From the NCBI GenBank assembly GCA_016182905.1, contig JACPFR010000005.1, positions 12,185 through 76,184 of the forward strand: DNA of 64,000 nt. The letters are read 5' to 3'. Every line of letters begins with the position of its first letter. The first letter of the stretch is position 1. Position numbers and translations under genes: made by a program. Source of the stretch: Elusimicrobiota bacterium. GTDB taxonomy: Bacteria > Elusimicrobiota > Elusimicrobia > UBA1565 > UBA9628. Of the stretch, positions 1-9,787 are shown one piece after another. The notes under the pieces were generated by a model. It ran no database searches. It saw only the letters and a list, made by a program, of their open reading frames with translations, and was not told where the DNA came from.

Positions 1-854
1 GGCTTGCCTCCTTGGCTGGTTTGCGGCAACCGGGGCTTCGACGTATTTGAAAACAACGGGAACTCGATCATGAGGCCCGCGTAGACGCGCAGCCTCGGCC
101 CTCCCGCATTCCCGCTCCTGAGGCTCTTGCCCGCGGCGGCGTGAAGCTGCAGCCAGGGGCGAACGTTGTGCTTGATCCCGACATCTGCGGCCAGGCGAGC
201 CGATTCCCCCGGGGTCGCGCTCTCGCGCCAATAGACCTCCGACAAGAGCTTGGTGCGAGCCGCCACCTTGTATTCCTGAGCGAAGGCGAGAAACAGCGCG
301 TTGCGCCGCTCCTGCCGAACGTCGTTGATGACGGGCTCGCCGACTACCGTGTAGCCGACGTTCCAGAGCCCGGTAAACCATGCCCACGTCTTTTGGGTCC
401 TGAGCCTGACGTCGTAGTCGACCGCGCCGGCCCCTAGCCCTCTCCCCGCATCTCCGTTATCGAGCTTCGCCTCGCCGGAGAGGGCGATGCCGGGCCTGCG
501 GGCCTGCTCGCGAAGCACGAGCAGCTTGGTCCCGACGACGGCGTCTCCAAACCCGGTCCGCGTTTCCCCTTGCGCCGGCGACAACGAGAGGTAGGGGACC
601 TCCAGCGTGAGCTCCTGCCAGGACGAGACCCCAAGAACGAGTTCGATGAACGGTAGTTGCCGTTCGGCAACGCTCGTTCTCAGGTAGCGCGTCCCGAGGA
701 AAATCTCAGCCACGCCCTTGCCCGCCGTAGGGACGTCACCCGCGACGAGGGGAGGCACGGCGTGAGCGTCCCGCGAGGCCGCGGCGAGGAATCCGGCCGC
801 GACAAGGACCCTAGCGCCCGCTCTTGCCGACCTGAGGCTTGATTTCAATGTCAT
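1..854 (-). CDS. Exported protein, possibly an outer-membrane beta-barrel; 5' part only, gene runs off the window edge
   Basis: Reverse frame open from ATG (revcomp of cat at 852-854) to position 1 with no stop over >280 codons. N-terminus MTLKSSLRSARAGARVLVAAGFLAAASRDAHA is a signal peptide. Not in the ORF track because no stop lies within the window. Overlaps the upstream gene end by ~44 nt. Confidence 0.45.
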   Translation of the reverse strand, partial: MTLKSSLRSARAGARVLVAAGFLAAASRDAHAVPPLVAGDVPTAGKGVAEIFLGTRYLRTSVAERQLPFIELVLGVSSWQELTLEVPYLSLSPAQGETRTGFGDAVVGTKLLVLREQARRPGIALSGEAKLDNGDAGRGLGAGAVDYDVRLRTQKTWAWFTGLWNVGYTVVGEPVINDVRQERRNALFLAFAQEYKVAARTKLLSEVYWRESATPGESARLAADVGIKHNVRPWLQLHAAAGKSLRSGNAGGPRLRVYAGLMIEFPLFSNTSKPRLPQTSQGGK

Positions 855-1551
855 CGAGATAGACCACCGAGTCTGCTTTAGACCACAGTCCCACCTTGCC
901 GGAGATCGAGTCCTCCCACTCATGCTCGAGGGTCAGCTTGCCGTTGAGATAACCTTCGATCCTCTTGCCTCGGACGACCAGCTTCAGGTCGTGCCATTGC
1001 AGCGTCGGCGTGGGTGTTTTCTTGATCCATTGGACCGAGCTGCGCTTGCCGCGGATGTACTTGAAGAGCACCAGGTTATCCTCGAGCGCGTTGCCCCGCA
1101 GCACGAGATAGTCCCCGTTGGGCTTCAGGTTGAAGACGATCCCGGCCGCTTGGTCGACGCGACCGCTCATGGGCTTGAACCTCAGGCTGATCTCGCCGTC
1201 GCGGAAGTCGTCGATCTCCTTGGCCACCGCCAGCGGGAAATAGGCGTAGGCTTTGACGTTGTCCAGGAACTCGGCGTAGCGCTCTCCATACAGGGCGCGC
1301 GCCTTGTCCGCCAGGCCCGCGGACGCCTGTCCCTGCTTCCATTTGCCGCCGTCGATGACGAGCACCTTGTTCTTTCCCTCGACTCCGATCCGCCAGACGC
1401 CCACGACCGGGGTGAAAGCGGATGGCTCGGCGCCGACCGTATCCGCCGAGAAGTCGTAGCGGCTGGGAGCGGCGACGCATACGGCGGCGCTCAGCAGCGG
1501 CCACAGCGCGACGGCTATTCGCAGCTTCGATTTGGCATGGTGCATGGTCAT
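811..1551 (-). CDS. Secreted hypothetical protein, DUF1080/LamG-jellyroll-like
   Basis: Start at MTMHHAK with GGAGG RBS (tctaggagg) upstream. Signal peptide RIAVALWPLLSAAVCVAAPS. The long ORF N-terminus upstream of that M is unsupported. Confidence 0.6.
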   Translation of the reverse strand: MTMHHAKSKLRIAVALWPLLSAAVCVAAPSRYDFSADTVGAEPSAFTPVVGVWRIGVEGKNKVLVIDGGKWKQGQASAGLADKARALYGERYAEFLDNVKAYAYFPLAVAKEIDDFRDGEISLRFKPMSGRVDQAAGIVFNLKPNGDYLVLRGNALEDNLVLFKYIRGKRSSVQWIKKTPTPTLQWHDLKLVVRGKRIEGYLNGKLTLEHEWEDSISGKVGLWSKADSVVYLDDIEIKPQVGKSGR

Positions 1552-2897
1552 CCTCCTAGAATCCATCTCATCGGGGCGCCGCGCCCGTTGAACCAGCACC
1601 CGAGCCCGGCAATAAGCGGCAGAACTCCATAGAACCACCATTCCCACCAGCCGGTATCGGCCACGAGCGGATAACCGGGATAGTCGGTACCAGCCTCGGT
1701 CGATACGGTCTGCCCGGAGAGGTTGAAAAGAATGGGGAGTATCTCTTCCTCGCTGTTGGAGCGGCTTTGCTCCCTTTTCCCATCGTAGTCGTAGGCGATG
1801 ACGCCGTAGTCGTCTTGGCCCTCAGCCTGCCCGGAAAGTCTCCGCGCGTCGGCATACACGACCGCCAGCTTGGGGACCAAGCGGCGCAGCTTGTCTAAGA
1901 TGTTGCGCTCCAAGTCGGCGAGGCGGGAATCCTCCGGAGAAAGGCGAACCGTGATCCGAAGCGGCTTATTCAGACGCCGTAGCGCCAGCTCCACCGCCGG
2001 AGGAAACGAGTTGCGCCGGTCCTCGGTAACGTCCCTCGATACGTTCAGCATCGCCCCCAGCGTCCAGACGCCGGCGATCGCCAATGCCGCGAAGAGCCCC
2101 AAAGCCGCCCTTCGCCTCGGCGCCGCGCCGAGCCACGCGCCGGTCAGGAAGATCAGCCCGAGTCCGAGGGCCGCCAGCGCGAGGGCCGATTCGAGAGAGA
2201 AAAGTCCGCGTTCGAACGGCCTCAAAGCCGCGGTAAGCGAGAGAAACGAGACCCGACTCAGCAAACCGTCTCCTGCCGCGGCGAAATCAAGCACCCACGA
2301 ACCTGTCGTGCAGGCCAGGGCGATGATGGCGGCCGTGGAAACGGAATCCGCCACGGCGGCCGCGAAGAACGCGATTCCCGCGATGGCCAGAGCGTAGAGA
2401 CTGTGCCCGGCAAGGAGGTTGAGGGTCTCCGGCCAATAGATATGACCTCCCAGCGCCCGCCAGCCGACGAGCGCCGATAAGGCGGGCAGAAGCGCGACAA
2501 CCCAGGCCAAGCCGACCGCCAAGGCCTTCAATGCCGCGAGTACGGAAGGCTTCATCGGAAGCTGAAGCAACAGCTTGATCGAGCCGCTCTGCTTCTCGCC
2601 TCCGATCAGCCGGATAGCGATGAAGGGGAATAGCAACGTCGCGACCAAGTAATAGGCACCGAATGTCGGCACAAGGACGCCGTCCAGGGGCGTCATGGCT
2701 CGCGCCATCTCCGGGAACGGAAGGGCGGAGCGGCTCGCCTCGCCATAGAGCCGGACGGCCTGGCTGAAGCTGTAGCCGGTGACTATAGAGAGAAGGACCA
2801 GCATCACCCAGAGGGACCTCGAACGAAGCAGCTCTCGGACCTCTTCTTGGAGCAAGGCGCCGACACGTCCAACGACCATGCCGTCAGGTGAACGCAA
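1548..2897 (-). CDS. ABC-2 type transporter permease with C-terminal GldG-like (ABC_transp_aux) domain
   Basis: Multiple TM helices in the N-terminal half. C-terminal soluble domain resembles the GldG N-terminus. ATGA overlap with the upstream ATPase gene; start could be M1 or M7. Confidence 0.65.
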   Translation of the reverse strand: MRSPDGMVVGRVGALLQEEVRELLRSRSLWVMLVLLSIVTGYSFSQAVRLYGEASRSALPFPEMARAMTPLDGVLVPTFGAYYLVATLLFPFIAIRLIGGEKQSGSIKLLLQLPMKPSVLAALKALAVGLAWVVALLPALSALVGWRALGGHIYWPETLNLLAGHSLYALAIAGIAFFAAAVADSVSTAAIIALACTTGSWVLDFAAAGDGLLSRVSFLSLTAALRPFERGLFSLESALALAALGLGLIFLTGAWLGAAPRRRAALGLFAALAIAGVWTLGAMLNVSRDVTEDRRNSFPPAVELALRRLNKPLRITVRLSPEDSRLADLERNILDKLRRLVPKLAVVYADARRLSGQAEGQDDYGVIAYDYDGKREQSRSNSEEEILPILFNLSGQTVSTEAGTDYPGYPLVADTGWWEWWFYGVLPLIAGLGCWFNGRGAPMRWILGG

Positions 2898-3633
2898 GGA
2901 AGACCTCCTCGAGGGTCCCGGCAGGGCTGGGTGCCCGGGTCTTCAGTTCATCGAGCGTACCGCTTCCCAACAGCTTCCCTTCCTTCAAAAGCAGGAACCG
3001 GTCGCAGACTCTCTCCGCGTCCGCAAGCTGGTGGATGGACAGGAGCAAAGTCCGCCCAAGAGCGCGGACCTCCTTAAGCAGGGCCATCACGCTTCGGGTC
3101 TGCCGGAGATCAAGGCCGTCGAAAGGCTCGTCGAGCAGGAGCAGCGGCTGAGGCGTCAGCAGACCGATGGCCAATAGCAGCCTCTTGAGCGTCCCCTTGG
3201 ACAGCGCGCCGACCCGCTTCTCCAGGGCCGAGCGCAGGTCCAATCTCCTGATGAGATCTTCGACGCGACCTAGGTCTGCTCCATACAGTTGGGCGTAAAG
3301 CCGGAGAGTCTCCGATGAACAGAGCTCACGGTGCGGCAGAATCCCATCAGGCAGGTAGAACAGTTCTTCCTTCCTGCGTCCTGAGGGGAAATCGCCGCCT
3401 CGCCAACTCAGCGCGCCGGACTCGTGGTGCATGAGGCCGGCCATGCATTCGAGAAGCGTCGTCTTTCCAGCTCCATTGGGACCGATCAGTCCAAGAATCT
3501 GGCCCGGATAAACTTCGAAGCTCACCTCATCAAGCGCGGAAAAACCGGCGAACCGCTTCGAGAGGCCTTGGACCTTAAGCAGTGCCTCAGCCACGGTTCG
3601 ACTCCTCTTGCGCCAAGCTCGCGTGTACGGCAT
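2884..3633 (-). CDS. ABC transporter ATP-binding protein
   Basis: Walker A GPNGAGKTT, ABC signature LSKGTLKRL, Walker B LLLLDEPFDGLD. Alternative GTG start at 3594 would reduce the overlap with the upstream gene. Confidence 0.85.
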   Translation of the reverse strand: MPYTRAWRKRSRTVAEALLKVQGLSKRFAGFSALDEVSFEVYPGQILGLIGPNGAGKTTLLECMAGLMHHESGALSWRGGDFPSGRRKEELFYLPDGILPHRELCSSETLRLYAQLYGADLGRVEDLIRRLDLRSALEKRVGALSKGTLKRLLLAIGLLTPQPLLLLDEPFDGLDLRQTRSVMALLKEVRALGRTLLLSIHQLADAERVCDRFLLLKEGKLLGSGTLDELKTRAPSPAGTLEEVFLAFT

Positions 3634-4582
3634 CGAAGAAGGCGATGCCTGCTTCCAGCCGGTCCGCGTCCTTCTTATACAGGCGGCAGAGTCCCTGCAC
3701 GGCCATCGCCACTCCAGGCGCCTCCGGTCGGCCGAACTTGCCGTCTTTCAGGTCGATGTCGTGTACGATCTCGGCCAGCCCGCGCAGCGCCGGGTCGGTG
3801 AGCTTCAGGCGGTGGATCAGCGCCTCGAACGTACACCAGTCTCCGAAGTGCGTGAACTCGGCGTCCGCCATGTCGAAGCGCAATTCACCACGGCCCGGCG
3901 TGTAAGGCTCCGCCGCGAATTTGAACCGGGCGCTTCGATCGACGTAGCGGCGGATCAGCCAAGCCGAGACGAGGCGGTCGATGTGGGGAGAGGGCCTCGT
4001 GACCCATACGCGGCCTTGGAGTTCGGCCGCCGAGATCAGCGGGGGAGGCTCGGGCGCCGCCTGGCGCCGCATTGAATCCGCCTGCGCGATGAGCTTTTGG
4101 ACCTTGTGAACGGCCGCTTCCGCCTTGCCGCGCTCAGGAGCCGTGAAGAAATCGATCTTACGCAGGCGCTCACACTCGGCTTTCGCCGCCAGCCACTGCT
4201 TGTTCAGGCGCTGAAACGTCTCTTCGGAAGGCCTTCCGCCTTCCAAGCTGTTGCGCACGGTATGCGCCAGAGCGGCCGCGGCGTTCGCCAATTCCGCGAA
4301 GTCCTCATCGCGCGCCTTGCGGAACGCGGCGATAATGTCATTATTTTCCGCCTCGGTGATGGAATCCGCGACGAATACCGAGGCCTCGCCGCCGAGCTGG
4401 AGAATCTCCTTTCTCAGCCACTCGAAGTCTTCCCTTGTCTCCGCCTGATTGGGGAGCGCATAGATCGAGTTCTTGATGGGCACCGCGCCGAGTGCCTTGA
4501 GCTTTCGCCACACCCGCACCCTGACATTGGATGGATGGGCCGGAAGTTGGTGCGTCAACAGCAGCCACCGCGACGTCTTCAT
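3587..4582 (-). CDS. chrB: ChrB-like chromate-resistance regulatory domain protein
   Basis: N-terminus WLLLTHQLPAHPSNVRVRVWRKLKALGAVPIKNSIYALP matches the ChrB family pattern. ~330 aa, typical for the family. No chrA nearby. Confidence 0.6.
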   Translation of the reverse strand: MKTSRWLLLTHQLPAHPSNVRVRVWRKLKALGAVPIKNSIYALPNQAETREDFEWLRKEILQLGGEASVFVADSITEAENNDIIAAFRKARDEDFAELANAAAALAHTVRNSLEGGRPSEETFQRLNKQWLAAKAECERLRKIDFFTAPERGKAEAAVHKVQKLIAQADSMRRQAAPEPPPLISAAELQGRVWVTRPSPHIDRLVSAWLIRRYVDRSARFKFAAEPYTPGRGELRFDMADAEFTHFGDWCTFEALIHRLKLTDPALRGLAEIVHDIDLKDGKFGRPEAPGVAMAVQGLCRLYKKDADRLEAGIAFFDAVHASLAQEESNRG

Positions 4583-4818
4583 GGAACAGGATGCTATATA
4601 AAACAGCTGTTACACTTCAACGTTTTGTTACATGCTCATCGGCAGCTGTGATTTAAGCCGGCACAAACGCTATACCTTACCCAGCCGCGCTCCTCGACTA
4701 AGTCGCGGTGTATGTAGCCGATCAAGGGCCGGACGGCGGCCTATGTCTGCGTGGACTACGCCTGCGAGCTGCCGACGAGCGACCTGGAGACCTTCAAGGC
4801 CATCCTGGACGGGAAGAG

Positions 4819-5388
4819 CTAATATCGATAGCCGCTCCACTCTTCCTCAAGTCCGACGCCCAGTCCGAGCACGAGCCGGTTGACGAAGTTGAAGTAGGCC
4901 GCGATCTGCGCGGCGTCGAGGATCGACCGGTCGTCGAGGCCCGTATCACGCAGAAGCGCGACGTCGGCCTCGCGCACGGACGCGGGATTCCGGGTGAGCT
5001 TCTCGGCGTATTGGCAGAGGCGCGCGGTCCGGGGATCAAGGGCGTTCCAGCGGCCTTCACGGACCGCGGTCATGACCTCCGGACTTTTCTCGTAGCGCGA
5101 CAGTGCCTCGGCGTGGTGCGCGACGCAGTAGGGACAGCCGTTGGTCCTCGATACGGCCACGGCGATCGCCTCTCGCTCGCGGCGCGTCAGCGGGGATTGC
5201 CCGAACAACAGCTCCATATAGAGCGCCATGTGCGCCGTTAAAGTCTCCGGGTGGAGGCCGTGTATCTTATGCACGGCGGCCAATGCGCCGCGCTTGCCCA
5301 CGGTCGCCTCATAGACGGCCTTAAGCTCGCCCTCGGCCTCCTCGGGCTCGATGACGCGGATCCAGGCGCGGCTTTTTTCGCCGCTCAT
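4819..5388 (-). CDS. Carboxymuconolactone decarboxylase (CMD)/AhpD-like family protein
   Basis: Real start at MSGEKS, with ATGA overlap to the upstream M28 gene stop. The long N-terminal extension of the listed ORF is an Arg-rich artefact. Motif GCPYCVAHH. Confidence 0.75.
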   Translation of the reverse strand: MSGEKSRAWIRVIEPEEAEGELKAVYEATVGKRGALAAVHKIHGLHPETLTAHMALYMELLFGQSPLTRREREAIAVAVSRTNGCPYCVAHHAEALSRYEKSPEVMTAVREGRWNALDPRTARLCQYAEKLTRNPASVREADVALLRDTGLDDRSILDAAQIAAYFNFVNRLVLGLGVGLEEEWSGYRY

Positions 5389-6596
5389 GACGGGCCGAGC
5401 GGCCGCGCCGGCGGCGCGGCCTTGGCCGTCTCCACCGCGAACGCCACGGCGAGCCTGGCGAATTTCACCGAGTGGGCGGCGCCGGATGCGGCCAAAGTGT
5501 CGCGTTCGGTGTGGATGTTCGGGTTGACCCCGTCGAAGTTCGACTCGAAGACCGCGCTCGCCGGGTAGCCGCTGCGCGTCCATGAGGCGTGGTCGGAACA
5601 GGCGTAGCCGCAGGCCACCTCTCCCCGCCGGGCGCCCGTGTAGGCGTCGGACAGGCGGCCGAGATAGTCGGTCAGCGCCGGCTCGACGTTGTCGGTGACG
5701 AGGAACAGCCTGTCGCCGGAGCCGGCGAAGTTGGTCATGTCGAACTGGATGACGCCGGCGACCGCGCGGCCCTCGGCGCGCCAACGCTTGGCGATGTCTC
5801 CGGACCCGCGCAGGCCGACCTCTTCCGCCGCGTAGCCGATGAACGCGACCGTGCGCCGGGGACGGAAGCCTCCCTCGGCGAGCACGCGCAAGGCCTCGGT
5901 CAGGACGGCGATGCCGGACGCATTGTCGTCGGCGCCGGGCGCGCGCCCCTGGGCCCCCGCGCGGGAGTTGATCGAGTCGAGGTGGCCTCCAAGAACGACG
6001 GTCTCCCCGGACAGGTCCGTGCCGGGGAGAACGGCCATGACCGAGGGCTGCTTCCAGCCCGCGTGTTCGACGAGCTCCACGGCGGCCCCGGGGACGCCCT
6101 TGAGGATCGCGCGCCAGCGCGCGGCCAGGGCGCGCGCCGCGGCGGCGCCGTCCTCGGTCTGATAGAAGCGGTCATGCCGCGTCGAGAGGTCCTCGATCGT
6201 CGCTCTCAGTTCGGACTCTTTCACCGCCGCGGCGAGCGGCCGGACGACGCTCCCCTGATCGACGGTGGGGTTCTCCCCGGCGGGCGCGGCGACGGCCTTA
6301 AGGTCCGTCTCGGCCTCCGCGCGCGTGGCGTGGGCGAAGAATCCTCCGCACTTGTTGAAGCGCTCGTGCATCGCCGACGACAGGACCGGCAGGAGCGCGG
6401 GATCGACGCGGTAGATCGCGAGACGCGCGTCGGACTGGATCGACGCTCCCATCGCTACGCCCGCGGCGGCAAGCCCGGGCAGGTCCGCGCGCGCAAGCGA
6501 GATCCACACCCCCTCGTCCGCCGGTTCCGTCGCCCAGCCCGACGCCGCCACGGCCAGGGCCGCCGTCGCAAGCCGCATCCGCCGCGAGCGGCTCAT
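5385..6596 (-). CDS. M28 family Zn aminopeptidase (secreted)
   Basis: Signal peptide MRLATAALAVAASGWA. M28 motifs HLDS, DDNASG, AEEVGLRGS. Confidence 0.8.
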   Translation of the reverse strand: MSRSRRMRLATAALAVAASGWATEPADEGVWISLARADLPGLAAAGVAMGASIQSDARLAIYRVDPALLPVLSSAMHERFNKCGGFFAHATRAEAETDLKAVAAPAGENPTVDQGSVVRPLAAAVKESELRATIEDLSTRHDRFYQTEDGAAAARALAARWRAILKGVPGAAVELVEHAGWKQPSVMAVLPGTDLSGETVVLGGHLDSINSRAGAQGRAPGADDNASGIAVLTEALRVLAEGGFRPRRTVAFIGYAAEEVGLRGSGDIAKRWRAEGRAVAGVIQFDMTNFAGSGDRLFLVTDNVEPALTDYLGRLSDAYTGARRGEVACGYACSDHASWTRSGYPASAVFESNFDGVNPNIHTERDTLAASGAAHSVKFARLAVAFAVETAKAAPPARPLGPS

Positions 6597-7549
6597 ATTC
6601 CCCGCCCGCTCAACCCGGCTTCGAGCCTGCGCGCGGCGTCAAGCGCCGCGCTCCCGGCCGCGGAGATCCTCGGCGCGGCCGGAACCGGCGGCTTGTACCA
6701 GCATAAGGGACGAACCCCGACCGTGAAGCCCTCCTCGCGGGTGCAGGCGCCCGGACGCGGGTCGCCGAATGCGAAGCTCTCGGCGGCCGGCTTGACGCAA
6801 AGGGCCGATTGGAAGTGGGTGTCCAGCCTGCATTGAGGCGCGGGATGGGCGGCCGACGTCCGAGCCACGCGCGACGGGTCCGGCGCGTCGAACCGGGCGA
6901 GCGCGGCCTGTCCCGACAAGGCCTGCGCGACCTTCGCCATGACGAGCCCTGCCATCGCCGAGCGCGCGCACAGCGCGCGCTGGGATGCCGAATCGAACAC
7001 CACTGAGCAGCGTTTCGCCGCGAACGCGTCGACGCCCGGCCCGGCGCCCGCGCGGAGATTGTCCTTTTCGAGCCAGACGCGGCGATGGCACTTCATGTTG
7101 GCGAAATAGTCCGCCTGTCCCTCCACCGACAGGCCGCGGGCCGGGAAACCTCCGAGGTGATGGCCCATCTCGTGGCAGGCGACCAAGGAGAATCCGTCGG
7201 GCGTGATCGAGGGATGACGCGCCATCCCTCCGAACATGTTGACGATCCAGCGATCGCCGTCGCGGGAGGCCGAGGCGTTGACGGAGCCGTCGTCCCACTT
7301 GCGCCGGATCTCGAGGACGCCGCCCTGCGCGGCGACGATGGGGGCGTAGACCTCCTCCAGGCGATCGAGGATCGCGTCGAATTGGTCCTTGGTCAGTCCG
7401 CCCGCGTCGGCGGCCGACGGCCCGGTCCGGACCGGGATATTGGCCCCGTTCTCCGGGAAATAGCCGGCGCACGCGGCGAAGCCGCGCTGAACGGCGGTCG
7501 AGGGAGACAGGACGGCGGCCAATACTGCGGCGACGAGAGACTTCCTCAT
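6593..7549 (-). CDS. Secreted zinc metalloprotease (HExxH)
   Basis: Start MRKSLVAAVLAAVLS preceded by GGAGGAG RBS. HEMGHHLGG zincin motif. ATGA-coupled to the M28 gene. Confidence 0.65.
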   Translation of the reverse strand: MRKSLVAAVLAAVLSPSTAVQRGFAACAGYFPENGANIPVRTGPSAADAGGLTKDQFDAILDRLEEVYAPIVAAQGGVLEIRRKWDDGSVNASASRDGDRWIVNMFGGMARHPSITPDGFSLVACHEMGHHLGGFPARGLSVEGQADYFANMKCHRRVWLEKDNLRAGAGPGVDAFAAKRCSVVFDSASQRALCARSAMAGLVMAKVAQALSGQAALARFDAPDPSRVARTSAAHPAPQCRLDTHFQSALCVKPAAESFAFGDPRPGACTREEGFTVGVRPLCWYKPPVPAAPRISAAGSAALDAARRLEAGLSGRGI

Positions 7550-8409
7550 TTCACTCCTCCATTTTCGCCCCACCGCGGCGCCAGGGCGTCCGGCGGCGTC
7601 TCGGTCGGGCGCTCATGAGCCCGCGGCTCCAGCCGGACCCAGGTTCGCGGCGGCGAGTAGGGCTGATCGCGGGAAAGGACCCGCGCGTCGGGAAAGCGCG
7701 CGCGAGCGTCGCCCCAGGTCGTCTGGGACCACAGCGACCTTTCCAGCACCGTCATCGGCGCGTCCAGCATGGCGCCCGAAACGGCCCGGCCCGCCGTCGG
7801 AAGCCACAAGCTCTCGGTTTCCCGGTCCCAGAGAACGAAGGCGTCGAGGCCGCTCCAGAGTTCCGGCGAGAAATAGGTGTAGCCGCTCAAGGCGAAGGTG
7901 TGGACGCGCCCGTGGACGCGGCGATCGTAGACCGCGGCCAGATCGGCCAGGGGGCAGAACGCCGCGAAGATTTCCCGGCCGCCGAGCTCGTCGTTGACCA
8001 CTTCGTGACGCTCCAACAGAGACAGCGGATAGATGCGTGTCTCGCCGGCGATGGTCGCCGTCAAAACGCGCTCGCCGGCCTCCAGCCGCTTGCTCGCGCT
8101 CGAGACGGGCTCGAATCGGGGCTCGAGCAGCGCGGGGAAAGCCTCGCGGCCGATGCCGTAATGGAGCTGAGCCGGGCGCAGCCGCGATTCGGTGATGTCG
8201 AAGTTCTGAGCCGCGGCCTTGCCTCCCCACAGCCAACGCCGTCCGCCGGCCTGAAACACCTTGCCGTGATCGACGCTGATCGGCCGCCGGTCCCGTCCGC
8301 GGTTGGCCAAGGCCGCCTCGGGATCGAGGCCCGCGCAGCCGCCCAAAGTCAGCGCCGTCAACGCCAGCGGGAGAGCGGCTGTCAGCGCGACCGTGACCGT
8401 GTTCCTCAT
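7546..8409 (-). CDS. Lipoprotein, degenerate DUF3179-like paralog
   Basis: Lipobox LTLGGC after MRNTVTVALTAALPLALTA. Similar to the 34594..35532 DUF3179 protein, but the CPLC motif is replaced by CPLADL. Alternative ATG at 8445. Confidence 0.55.
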   Translation of the reverse strand: MRNTVTVALTAALPLALTALTLGGCAGLDPEAALANRGRDRRPISVDHGKVFQAGGRRWLWGGKAAAQNFDITESRLRPAQLHYGIGREAFPALLEPRFEPVSSASKRLEAGERVLTATIAGETRIYPLSLLERHEVVNDELGGREIFAAFCPLADLAAVYDRRVHGRVHTFALSGYTYFSPELWSGLDAFVLWDRETESLWLPTAGRAVSGAMLDAPMTVLERSLWSQTTWGDARARFPDARVLSRDQPYSPPRTWVRLEPRAHERPTETPPDALAPRWGENGGVK

Positions 8410-8531
8410 GCGCGAAAGAATATGTCTTTCCACGCGACGCGTCATGAGGCATTCGCTCTAGAAGCGCGGCAGGCGCGCGGCGAATAAAAATAGGAAGTCT
8501 CGCTTCCTCTCGATCTGCTAAAATTCCCCTC

Positions 8532-9389
8532 ATGAAGGAGTTCTCCGCGATACTCCGGGGCTTGCGCCTCGACGCCGGCCACAAGACGCCCCGGCGCTTC
8601 TTCCTCGCCCAGGGCGGGCGGGCGTTCTTCGGCTGCACCTACCGCAACTACGCGAACGTCGAGTACGGACGCTCCCTGCCGAGCCCAGCGCTCATGGAGA
8701 AGATCGCCGCGGCTTTACGCCTGATCAGCGACGACGCCCGCGCGCGGCCGCTCCTGAGCGCCTACCTGCGCGCTTTATTGGAGGGCACGTCCCTGTTCGA
8801 CCACATCCTCCGGGCGCTCGGCCGGGGTCCTCACTCAGCCGCGGACCGCTGGTCCCCCATGAGAAGGGCGTTGGAAGAAAACGTCCGGTCGCGCGCCTTC
8901 TCCTTGACGCGCGATCAAACCGACGCCGTCGCCGGGAGCATCGAGGGGCACTGGGCCTTCGGCGTCCTCATTCACGACGGCGGCCGGTGGACCGCGAAGC
9001 GCCTGGCGCAGGTCACGGGCCTGCGCGCCGATCGCCTGCGGCGCGTCCTCGAGCGATTGACGAAGCTCGGGCTTTTCGAGCGCGACTCCGAAGGCGGGTA
9101 CCACTGCCGGCATCACGGAAAGGATTTTCACCTCGCCAAGGGCGGGATGAGTCAGGCGCGCCTGGACGCCCTTCGCCGCCATTTCGTCGAGTCCGGAGAG
9201 AAGCACGGCGGGACGAAGGTCTCCCGGTTCCTCTGTCTGCGCGCCTCCGAGCGCGAACTCCAGGCCTACCTTCCGCAGATCTTCGAGGCTTCGTTCAAGG
9301 AACTCGGTCTGCTCTCGACCGACGAGAAAAGCGAGGACACGGCCTTCTTCCACGTGGAGGCCGTATATAGGAAAATCCTCCAGTTCTGA
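8532..9389 (+). CDS. Hypothetical protein with N-terminal HTH-like region
   Basis: 285-aa ORF with typical codon usage. Divergent from the DUF3179-like lipoprotein gene. Family not recognised. Confidence 0.5.
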   Translation: MKEFSAILRGLRLDAGHKTPRRFFLAQGGRAFFGCTYRNYANVEYGRSLPSPALMEKIAAALRLISDDARARPLLSAYLRALLEGTSLFDHILRALGRGPHSAADRWSPMRRALEENVRSRAFSLTRDQTDAVAGSIEGHWAFGVLIHDGGRWTAKRLAQVTGLRADRLRRVLERLTKLGLFERDSEGGYHCRHHGKDFHLAKGGMSQARLDALRRHFVESGEKHGGTKVSRFLCLRASERELQAYLPQIFEASFKELGLLSTDEKSEDTAFFHVEAVYRKILQF

Positions 9390-9787
9390 AGGCCGGCACT
9401 GACCGCGCAGGCCGCTTGAGCGCCGCCTAAAGGGACGCCGGCGACGCCTCCGCCGCGGGGACCTGGAGCGCGCTGAGCAAGCCGGGGCCGAAGCCTCCCT
9501 TGAAGGCCGCCAGCGCCACGGCGAGAAGATGCACGGGCGAGGCGCCCGGCACGGCTTCCGGGGGCAGCCGCGAGATGAAGAGAGCGGCCAGAACCGAGAC
9601 CGCCGCGGCGGCGAGCCATTGCTTCACATCCTCTCCGTTCATAGAACGCAAATATTACATGCCGGGCCGACCGATCGGGAATGGACGGAATGTCAGGGCC
9701 TGATGACGTTCCTGCGACCGCCGCTTTTCCGGAAGGTTCACATCTCCTCCATGGCGCTTCATGAGGCGGCTTCGCTAAAACCGGACC

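Noticed and set aside
5589-6836. 415-aa + strand ORF
   Set aside because: Antisense of the M28 peptidase gene. Arg/Gly-rich.
9427-9651. 74-aa minus ORF (possible small membrane protein) between the HTH gene and the HD-GYP gene
   Set aside because: TTG start. No RBS. Ala/Leu-rich, as expected from GC-rich non-coding sequence. Not enough support to call.
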